Origin: Bacteroidota bacterium
GTDB lineage: Bacteria > Bacteroidota > Bacteroidia > NS11-12g > UBA955
Assembly (NCBI GenBank): GCA_018333525.1
Contig: JAGXTF010000059.1
Location: 17,334 to 81,333 of the forward strand
Length of the DNA stretch: 64,000 nucleotides
Reading direction: 5' to 3'
A program made the translations under genes and the position numbers. Below, piece after piece: positions 40,401-46,817 of this stretch; the first letter of the stretch is position 1; each line of letters starts with the position of its first letter. The notes beneath the pieces are model-generated. The model was not told where the DNA came from and did not search any database. It saw nothing but the letters and a program-made list of their open reading frames with translations.

Positions 40401-41618
40401 GATCAGGAAATTCGCTACAAACTGACCAATAGAAATGCGCTTAATCAGGATGTAAGACAATCTAATTTTTACCGCAGCAATTTCACAGAAAACATTTCCG
40501 GAAACATTACGCTTGAACCTATTAAAGGATTTAGAATTCAATTGGACTTCAACAGAAGCAAAACCAATGGTTTGCAAACCCAATATAGATGGGATGGCAC
40601 CAGGTGGATAGATCAGGGATTGACAGAAAACGGTTCCTATTCCATTACTTCAAATTTTATGCGTACCCATTTTGTGAAAGATCAAAATATTGGCGAAGAA
40701 CATCCGAATCAAAACTTCAAAAATTTTCTTGACAACAGATATTCCGTTGCACAGAAACTGATGTTTAACGATCAAAGGGTAACAGAAAAACGCGAGGATA
40801 CCATTACGAAGTTCCCAATTGGATATAGCAAAAATTCCCAGGACGTTTTGATAGGTTCCTTTTACAGCACATATTCCGGGAATGCCGCGAGCAAAAACGG
40901 GTTTAGTTTAACGGATGCGAAGGGAATGCCGCTAATACCGCTTCCGAACTGGAATATTAATTACAATGGATTAACTAAGATAAAAGCTCTGGGAAAAATA
41001 TTCACCAATATTACCCTCAAACATGCTTACAACGGCAGGTATATGATAGGCAGTTACACACGCAACCTGACATATAAAAGCGATGCTCTAGTACCGGATG
41101 ACGGTAAAGACTTTATTCCCAAAAACCTGATTGCCGATGCCACCATTTCAGAATCCTTTTCTCCTTTATTTGGATTAAATGTTGCAACCAAAAGTAACTG
41201 GACCCTGGGTATGGAATACAAGCGCTCCAGAATTATTAAATTATTTGCCGGCAGTTTTAATATTACTGAAATCAGAAGTAATGAATGGCAAATTACAGGT
41301 GGATACAGGGTTACAGGTTTAAATTTACCATTTAAACGAAACGGCCACCGTTTGTATTTACCCAATGATTTCCGCTTTGACCTCACTATTGCCATTGCCG
41401 ACAATAGCTCTACTCTGCGTAAAATTGACGAAAATATTAACCGCTATACAGCAGGTATGCGGAACATACAAATTCGCCCATCTGCCACCTATCAGGTAAA
41501 TACTAAAATCAACGTGGCGCTGAAGTATAACAAGGTAATTATGGATCCAAAAATCCAGCAGCAGTATTACACAGCGCTTACAGATTTTGCCATTGAAGTA
41601 CGTTATATACTGAATTAA
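34485..41618 (+). CDS. sprA: T9SS outer-membrane translocon SprA (Sov)
   Basis: 2377 aa with a signal peptide. Huge beta-barrel protein in the conserved ruvA-sprA arrangement. Length and composition are typical of SprA. Confidence 0.9.
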   Translation: MHFLRAKFLKERKISASGFLFFCAPVIALILFPTDIFGQSDEDSTKLKYNISPTKKWEKPKPATNIDLSNPLMKEWKYNPKTNRYEEYQTFGGISYPTGNSMSVMDFYKKLNRENQEGYLREKTQNTSYSLNSKGKGSITEYVKGELNNPTISKIFGEGGVDFQLSGSAMIKLGGNWNVNRNPSFSKRQQRYFVPVFDQQLQISANGSIGQFVKLGINYDTEAAFDFDNQTNLGWKGKPDGILKDVQIGNVSLNLPTQLIKPTNNLFGISNTLVFGNTTIKSVFSQNKGQSTETVLKGGAQLNEFRITADNYDQNRHYFLAQYFRDNYNKSLENMPNIPSNVIVNRVEVWITNRNANVETPRDILAFQDLGESSPYRTQLGGNADPLPDTSSNIIFEKLRQFPKTRNIGTAIDEVYKAFPYFEQSVDFDMLNYARQLSKTEFTFSPQLGYISLNQPLNNDEILAVAYEYSYNGKVYQVGEFSRDIPPGNQKLLYLKMLKGNTIRTKLPMWNLMMKNIYSLNSYSLSLEDFKLNVIYADDTSGADYNYLPVKDVGAFKNGNPLIRVLGLDKLNRQMEAKPDGIFDAFEGMTVQTQYARIIFPVTEPFGDYLRSQFDGNTDLADYYAFDALYDSTKWLAAQDVKHNKYFLTGSYKSPNGAEIFLGTTNLQKGSVRVTANGRPLTEGMDYEVDYALGRVRILNQGLLQGGAEIRASADGQSFFNIQQKTLIGGRVDHKFNNKLLVGATMLHMYERPLTSKTNFNEEPLLNTIFGADLAYSSKSRFITRMVDKLPFLETKEVSNITAYAEFAKIIPHNHKSQGGQRGVSNLDDFENAELPNDFKMVSNWVLASVPLKQPDLFPEVGNEDKRTWLNREAKLSFYTIDPLFFRDNDMPSNIKGRVDEILSNHYMRQIDQREVFPQRQFPNGTPTILPTLDIVFHPERKGQYNLNSNVGEVDANGNLTELTKSWGGMMRRVDQNDFEAANIDYIEIWMMDPLIDNPNLKGDFYINLGSISEDVLPDRRKSFENGLPTDGSTDKTDTTASAIVPSVPQINYAFNNDPASVKTQDVGLDGMNDDQERLILDSFYLQRIASNFGTGSSFYVNAQNDPSGDNFAHYLEDSFVGLDYDVIQRYQYFQGPQGNSSPDKFNTAPYTGMPKSSTTQPNDEDVNRDFTMNQSEDYYQYRIKISAADLQIGKNYVADIVHNSVTLRNGKNSEIKWYQLKIPIRQYEKAVGNISDFKSIRFMRMFMTNFNGTAVMRVGYINMVRADWRRYTNSLKNPGIIVPSDPNDGTKFIVSTVNLEENSLRAPIAYVTPPGVVRVQNMASLGTVLENEQSLSLKVCDLKAGDSRAAFKTTQMDARNYKNLQMFVHAEASNNTNINDGEIAAFVRFGTDLTSNYYEYEIPLKLTRGFINKNTPGADHEIWPDENFIDIAFEAFYNLKMDRMNANWPMTAPYKKPGGRGTVSVMGLPDVGNIRVMMVGIKNNSSANQCFEVWFNELRVKDIANKGGWAALGNVQAQLADFGQLNLAGSIRTIGFGDVDKKLNQRSLSTNMNYDIASNLELGKFFPQKKGVSVPMYIGYSESYVRPKFYPLNPDLELQTFLASIADPDKKKEIRKAAEDYNSLYSLNFSNVRIAAAPGRKSLPWRLSNFNASYNYQKNYKRNQQIEEFFSKTTVLQLGYNYAIPTKSIMPFKKLKPKWLNPVREFNFNLLPSNISTNWKVSRYYSETQSRNNNSFRQVNPRLYDKNFFMDRIYNFTLPLTSSINISYNATATSRIQEPYGALNSEAKKDSVKTELFSLGRPKSFNQTFTASYQLPFAKFARLSWITTNITYTGSYQWMQAPPALAFLGNTIQNGRDINLSTTFNFQQLYMKIPWLRNLEKPIPTRNPLKPSPKKPEPKKEGDEDEKPAPKPKNSPAKIFAGNFIMMFKNASLNYSKKEGTELPGFIYRPDYFGYNFLHKEPGIPFILGWQDQEIRYKLTNRNALNQDVRQSNFYRSNFTENISGNITLEPIKGFRIQLDFNRSKTNGLQTQYRWDGTRWIDQGLTENGSYSITSNFMRTHFVKDQNIGEEHPNQNFKNFLDNRYSVAQKLMFNDQRVTEKREDTITKFPIGYSKNSQDVLIGSFYSTYSGNAASKNGFSLTDAKGMPLIPLPNWNINYNGLTKIKALGKIFTNITLKHAYNGRYMIGSYTRNLTYKSDALVPDDGKDFIPKNLIADATISESFSPLFGLNVATKSNWTLGMEYKRSRIIKLFAGSFNITEIRSNEWQITGGYRVTGLNLPFKRNGHRLYLPNDFRFDLTIAIADNSSTLRKIDENINRYTAGMRNIQIRPSATYQVNTKINVALKYNKVIMDPKIQQQYYTALTDFAIEVRYILN

Positions 41619-43856
41619 GTGAAAAGTATTTTATTCAGAATTCCGCTATTTATTTTCCTTTTCCCATTGTTTATTGTTGCCCAGGAATTGCCCCTGGGTC
41701 AATGGAAAATGCATCCTTCCTTTTTGGATACCAGGCTTTGTGAAGCAACCGAACATTTTGTATATGGTGCATCTTCCAAGGGCTTTTTTCGCGTAAATAT
41801 TCAAAGTGCAGACATTGAAAGATTAACGGGAATGGATGGTTTCCACGGAAGAGAAATTACATCTTTGGATTATCTGGCAGATAAAAAAATTCTGGTAATT
41901 GGATATGCCGATGGATTTTTAGAATTGCTGAAAAATGAAACCGTAATTGTTGCAATTCCCGGTTTTTACAATGAAATGTTACAGGGCGATAAAAGTATTT
42001 TACATTGTAGTTTTAAAGACAATGATGCTTTGATTTCCACCAATTTCGGAATTTTGGTATTGGATCTCGAAAAGAATGAAATAAGGGAGAATTATAAAGA
42101 TATTGGAACCAACGGACAAACCCAACCGGTAAGGAGCACCGCTGTTTTGGGAGACAGTATTTATGCCGGTATTCCTGATGGAATTATTGCTGCAAAATAT
42201 GCTGTAAACGTTAATTTAAAGAACTTTTTAAATTGGAAAAAAGTTTACTCCAAGGGGCCCGGAAACCAACTTTGCAGCTTTAGCGACAGCATTTATTTTT
42301 ATTCGGACAGCATTGTTTTAACTTATAAAAATGGCGTTGTTTTGAATAGTTTTATACCTGGAAAATCCACGACAAAAAGAATAAAAGTTTTTCAAAACAG
42401 AATTTATTTTTTCAGACCCGGAGCAATAACGAATCAAAAATCAGATGCAAGCAGAACCGTTACCAATATGAATCTCTTATCCTCCGGGACATTGGATGCT
42501 GAGGGCTCTTTGTGGTATTGCACCGGCTTTGGGGGTGGTGCAATTAAATTAATTCCCGGAAGTGAAATTGCATTTGAACCCAATGGTCCAACTTCTAATT
42601 CTGTTTTTGCAATGAGTAAAAAAGGAAATTATTTATTTACTACCGGTGGTGGTGTTACCAATACATTTGGTAACGCATACAATCCGGCTGGATTTTATAT
42701 TTATAATAATTTCCGCTGGAATTCCAACCCTGCATCTGTTTATAATACAGGCTTGTATGATTATACTTTTGTTCATTTCAATACAGTAACAGATAAGTAT
42801 TATTTAGCTACACATACCAATGGAATGCTGGAGTTTAGCGGTGGTGTTGCAACCAACAGATTTGATGACAACAATGCACCTTTTTTTCGCGATCCGGGTT
42901 CGGGATTTATTAGAATCAGTGGTGTTGCAAACGATAAGGAGGGTAACTTATGGGTGAACAATTATGGCGGAGAAAAACCGCTGCTGGTGTATAAAGGTGG
43001 CACCTGGACCGGAATTAAAGTAACGGAATCATCCAGTTTAAAGGCCTTGGTTATTGACGACAATGACTACAAATGGATGATTGTTCAGGGCAATGGTATT
43101 TTGGTTTATGATGACAATAAAACACCAGGCAACGATTTGGATGACAAATCTGCGAGACTTACAACTTCAAACGGTTTAATAACCAATGATGTATTGTCAC
43201 TTCAGGTAGATCAGAATGGTTATGTTTGGATTGGAACCACACAAGGATTAAATGTGGTAACCAATACTGCTGACATTTTTGTGAAGCCCAAAATCGACAG
43301 GTTTATTATTGAACAAAATGGAAGTACAGGATATTTGTTAGGGGAAGAAACCATCAATGATATTTGTACCGATGGTGGAAACAGAAAATGGTTTGCAACG
43401 AATAACGGAGTGTTTTTGGTGGAACCAAACGGACAGGAAGTGCTGCTAAAATTCACTGCGGATAATAGCCCCTTACCGGACAACAGAGTGTATTGCATCG
43501 GGCAGGTATCAAATTCCGGCGAAGTATTTTTTGGTACCGATGCGGGAATTGTATCCTATAGAAGTGACGCCAGCGATGCAGATGAAACATTTAAAAAAAT
43601 AAAAATTTATCCCAATCCGGTACGACCAGGATATAATGGCTTGGTAACTATAGAAGGACTCGCAAAAAATGCGGAAATCAGAATTACCGATGCAGCAGGA
43701 ATGCTAATTTATCAAACCAAGGCAAATGGAGGCACAGCTACATGGCCATGCACCAAACTCGATGGCAGCAAACCTGAAAGTGGCGTCCTTTATGTTTTTG
43801 GCATCAATGAAGAAGGCACAGAAACTGCTATGGGGAAGTTTGTTTTTATAAAATAA
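41619..43856 (+). CDS. PorZ-like T9SS component/cargo: two-component-regulator-propeller repeats plus a type-A T9SS CTD
   Basis: GTG start directly after the sprA stop (TAAGTG). Signal peptide. Repeated Reg_prop-like motifs (VWIGTTQGLNVV, WFATNNGVFLV, VFFGTDAGIVSY). C-terminus KIYPNPVRPGYNGLVTIEGL...GVLYVF is a T9SS type-A CTD. The architecture matches PorZ, which has two beta-propellers and a CTD. Confidence 0.6.
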   Translation: MKSILFRIPLFIFLFPLFIVAQELPLGQWKMHPSFLDTRLCEATEHFVYGASSKGFFRVNIQSADIERLTGMDGFHGREITSLDYLADKKILVIGYADGFLELLKNETVIVAIPGFYNEMLQGDKSILHCSFKDNDALISTNFGILVLDLEKNEIRENYKDIGTNGQTQPVRSTAVLGDSIYAGIPDGIIAAKYAVNVNLKNFLNWKKVYSKGPGNQLCSFSDSIYFYSDSIVLTYKNGVVLNSFIPGKSTTKRIKVFQNRIYFFRPGAITNQKSDASRTVTNMNLLSSGTLDAEGSLWYCTGFGGGAIKLIPGSEIAFEPNGPTSNSVFAMSKKGNYLFTTGGGVTNTFGNAYNPAGFYIYNNFRWNSNPASVYNTGLYDYTFVHFNTVTDKYYLATHTNGMLEFSGGVATNRFDDNNAPFFRDPGSGFIRISGVANDKEGNLWVNNYGGEKPLLVYKGGTWTGIKVTESSSLKALVIDDNDYKWMIVQGNGILVYDDNKTPGNDLDDKSARLTTSNGLITNDVLSLQVDQNGYVWIGTTQGLNVVTNTADIFVKPKIDRFIIEQNGSTGYLLGEETINDICTDGGNRKWFATNNGVFLVEPNGQEVLLKFTADNSPLPDNRVYCIGQVSNSGEVFFGTDAGIVSYRSDASDADETFKKIKIYPNPVRPGYNGLVTIEGLAKNAEIRITDAAGMLIYQTKANGGTATWPCTKLDGSKPESGVLYVFGINEEGTETAMGKFVFIK

Positions 43857-43864
43857 ACATACAA

Positions 43865-44130
43865 CGCTGTTGGTCCTCTTGCCACATTAGCGAAGCATGT
43901 GGCGACCAATGGCATCCTCACTCAAACCTATTACAGCATAGCGCTGTTGGTCCTCTTGCCGCATTAGCGAAGCATGCGGCGACCAACAGCTAATCACTTC
44001 ATTGTATAAGAACTTGTCGTTGGTCGCCTTGCGCTGCGCCGGCAAGGCATGAGGACCAACGACGCTCAGTCGTGCAGTGGCACTGTTGGTCCTCGTGCCA
44101 CATCAGCGAAGCATGCCGCGACCAACAGCT
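43865..44130. repeat. REP/BIME-like cluster upstream of the RAYT gene: four GC-rich ~49-bp palindromic units (types 1,1,2,1)
   Basis: Units at 43865-43912, 43942-43990, 44015-44064 (inverted type) and 44082-44130. Consensus CGCTGTTGGTCCTCaTGCCgCATcAGCGAAGCATGcGGCGACCAACAGC. Each unit is an imperfect palindrome. Confidence 0.8.
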
Positions 44131-44138
44131 TCCTATTC

Positions 44139-44168
44139 GTTTATTTCCGTTTATTTCCGTTTATTTCC
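44139..44168 (+). repeat. perfect tandem repeat (GTTTATTTCC)x3
   Basis: Three exact 10-bp units between the last upstream REP unit and the RAYT start codon. Confidence 0.8.
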
Positions 44169-44201
44169 GGATACAAATTATGTCCAAATTATTATTACCA
44201 A

Positions 44202-44720
44202 ATGAATGAGAAAATCAATAATTTATTTTTCTTTACTGCAACATGTTTAAATTGGAAACATTTGATCCATCAGGATTCTACAAAATTATTTTTAATTAAC
44301 TCTTTGAATTATTATACAGAAAAATCCATTTGCAGAATTTATGGATTTGTAATTATGCCGAATCATATACACTTAATAATTGCAATAAATAATGAACAGC
44401 GGAATTACTTTCAACATTCTTACTTAAAGTTTACAGCACAAACTATTATTGGTGAATGGAGAAATAACAAATCGATATTATTGAATTCCATAAAATCAAC
44501 ACAAGCTGACAGAAAATTCCAATTTTGGGAACGGAATCCAAAATGGAAGTCCATTCAAACGGATGAGAGTTTTTGGAAAACGCTGAGATATATTCATGAT
44601 AACCCAACGCAGGAACACTGGAAATTGGTTGAAAATGCGGAAGATTATATGATGAGTTCAGCTAAATGTTACTTAAAAGGAAATTCTGAATTTACTTGTC
44701 TTACAATCTATTGCCCCTGA
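44202..44720 (+). mobile_element. REP-associated tyrosine transposase (RAYT, IS200/IS605-like Y1 HuH transposase family)
   Basis: HuH motif IMPNHIHLII. Catalytic-Tyr region KTLRYIHDNPTQ, similar to the Y..NP motif of RAYT/IS200 TnpA. 172 aa. Flanked on both sides by REP palindromes. The ORF track starts at 44049, but that stretch is translated REP sequence, so the start is the ATG at 44202. Confidence 0.7.
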
Positions 44721-44728
44721 TAAATTAA

Positions 44729-44915
44729 TGTCGTTGGTCGCCTTGCGCTACGCAGGCAAGGCATGAGGACCAACGACGATACCACTGCACAGCGCTGTTG
44801 GTCCTCATGCCGCATCAGCGAAGCATGCGGCGACCACCAGCTAATTACTTCATTTTATAGGCACCTGTCGTTAGTCGCCTTGCGCTGCGCCGGCAAGGCA
44901 TGAGGACCAACGACG
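44729..44915. repeat. REP/BIME-like cluster downstream of the RAYT gene: three units (types 2,1,2)
   Basis: Units at 44729-44778, 44793-44841 and 44866-44915. The type1-spacer-type2 arrangement with spacer TAAT.ACTTCATT.TATA repeats the pairing seen at 43942-44064. Confidence 0.8.
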
Positions 44916-44942
44916 CTATAATAATTTACGACAAACCAAATC

Positions 44943-45716
44943 CTATTTAGGATCAGGCAATTCCAGAACCAGACCATCATATGCCAATTCCACATTCGGT
45001 GGTAATTCCATATTCACCTCATCATGAAATCCGATTTGATGACTCATGTGCACAAAATAGGTTTTGTCTGCCTGAACCTTTTCCGCAACCGCAACTGCTT
45101 CATCCAAAGTAAAATGCGAAATATGGTGTTCTCTTCTCAATGCATTTAAAACAAGAACTTTACTTCCCATTACTTTTTGCAATTCATTTTCTGCAATAAA
45201 ATTCGCATCGGTGATATAGGTAAAATCTCCAATTCTAAAACCAAGAACGGGCAATTTATAGTGCAATACTTCAATGGGTATGATATCCATACCAAATAAA
45301 TTAAAAGGTTTATTTTCTATCTGATGAAAATTAATTTCCGGAATTCCGGGATACTTTTTTTCAGAAAAAATATAGTGATATTGGTATTGAAATGCCTGCA
45401 ATACACGCTCAGACAAGTAAACATCAACCGGCTTGTTATGAAGGTAATTAAATGGCCTTATATCGTCCAACCCTGCAGTGTGATCCCTGTGCTCATGGGT
45501 AAACAATATTGCATCCAACCTGCTGATACCTGCACGAATTAACTGGTAGCGGAAATCGGGGCCTGCATCAATTACAATGCTATAATCTCCAATTTGCAAA
45601 TGAACAGAACAGCGAAGCCTTTTGTCTTTGGGGTTTTCTGAAAGACAAACCGGACTGTCACAACCTATCGGCGGAACGCCCTGGGATGTACCTGTACCCA
45701 AAAATGTGATCTTCAC
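44943..45716 (-). CDS. MBL-fold metallo-hydrolase
   Basis: Metallo-beta-lactamase His motif FTHEHRDHTAG, plus downstream His/Asp ligands (HMSHQ). 257 aa. Confidence 0.75.
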   Translation of the reverse strand: MKITFLGTGTSQGVPPIGCDSPVCLSENPKDKRLRCSVHLQIGDYSIVIDAGPDFRYQLIRAGISRLDAILFTHEHRDHTAGLDDIRPFNYLHNKPVDVYLSERVLQAFQYQYHYIFSEKKYPGIPEINFHQIENKPFNLFGMDIIPIEVLHYKLPVLGFRIGDFTYITDANFIAENELQKVMGSKVLVLNALRREHHISHFTLDEAVAVAEKVQADKTYFVHMSHQIGFHDEVNMELPPNVELAYDGLVLELPDPK

Positions 45717-45801
45717 GGTTTACAAATGTAGCCATTGACATTCAGCTTTGAAATGTCGCCGAAATCAAAATTGTATTAAAAAATCTGAAATTTCAATGGA
45801 A

Positions 45802-46791
45802 TTAACTGGCGTTCGATTCCAGAAAACCTTTTAATCCGTTTATGTTTTCTACTACCAGATTATTTACGCCTTTTTCATTGGAGATCAATATACTCAACCA
45901 ATCCATGGTATGAATAATTTCGAAAATGGAAGCAAATCCAAAATGATCCAAAGGGTATTCAAATATTTTATTCCCATGTTGCTCCAAAACTTTTTTCAAA
46001 TAATGAAAACGCAACGTGTTCCGCTCGTTCACGCCACTATTTAAAAGAATAAAATTGGTATCATGTCTGGAATAATAGCTTTCTATCATGTTGTGGTTTG
46101 CCTCTGGCAATATGCTCACAAAGGCCTCCCCTTTTGCATTCTCCTGAATTTGTTGGCAAAATCTGGTAGCAACAGCTTCCAATGCCAAATCACAAATCAA
46201 CACATATTTGTGATGAACATGTGGCATAAAATAATGCAACATTTCTTCCGCACGGAAGCGCATGGATTTGTTGTTTTCCAAATTTACACGAACCTTTTCC
46301 AGTTGGCTTCCCATGTCATATTCAATAAGGTCTGCCAAAATCATCAACAAAGTACAAAGGGAATATCCCAAAGCCATTCTAGGTTGAAATCCAGCTTCTG
46401 AAAAATAAACCGGCAGTCCGTCTTTTTGTGCCATTTCTGCAAGACTTCCACCGCTGGTGAGCACCATCATGGTACATCCTTTTGACTTCGCATCAGCGTA
46501 CATGGAAAGCGTTTCCTCTGTATTTCCACTATAGGAATTTAAAATTACCAGTGTTCTCTGATTTGCAAATGCAGGTAATTTATATTCAGAAATTACTTCA
46601 ATAGGAATTGGAAAGCTCGTATAAAAGGCTAGTCTTGCAATCTTACCTCCAATTCCCGATCCACCAAGTCCACCTATTATAACGTGATCAAATTCATTCA
46701 CTTTTCGGCCATGTGAAGCATAATTGCGCAACACATATGCCACTTGTTCATGAAAGTTATTGAGGGCTGTTTCGTGGGTTAAAATAGTCAT
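45802..46791 (-). CDS. SIS domain protein (bifunctional phosphoglucose/phosphomannose isomerase-like)
   Basis: Two SIS-like nucleotide/sugar-phosphate binding segments (VIIGGLGGSGIGG..., VLNSYSGNTEETL). 329 aa. Confidence 0.7.
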   Translation of the reverse strand: MTILTHETALNNFHEQVAYVLRNYASHGRKVNEFDHVIIGGLGGSGIGGKIARLAFYTSFPIPIEVISEYKLPAFANQRTLVILNSYSGNTEETLSMYADAKSKGCTMMVLTSGGSLAEMAQKDGLPVYFSEAGFQPRMALGYSLCTLLMILADLIEYDMGSQLEKVRVNLENNKSMRFRAEEMLHYFMPHVHHKYVLICDLALEAVATRFCQQIQENAKGEAFVSILPEANHNMIESYYSRHDTNFILLNSGVNERNTLRFHYLKKVLEQHGNKIFEYPLDHFGFASIFEIIHTMDWLSILISNEKGVNNLVVENINGLKGFLESNAS

Positions 46792-46817
46792 AAAGATAGA
46801 TCATAAGCTGCCGGAAT

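Noticed and set aside
44049-44201. N-terminal 51 aa of the RAYT ORF in the track (MRTNDAQSCSGTVGPRATSAKHAATNS...).
   Set aside because: This stretch is a translation of the REP palindrome and the decamer repeat. The true start is the ATG at 44202, after the repeats.
43865-44915. Considered a CRISPR array because of repeated ~49-bp GC-rich units.
   Set aside because: The units are themselves palindromic and occur in both orientations. Spacers vary from 14 to 30 bp, which is too short. The units flank a Y1-transposase-like gene and no cas genes are present. This is a REP/BIME-RAYT locus, not CRISPR.
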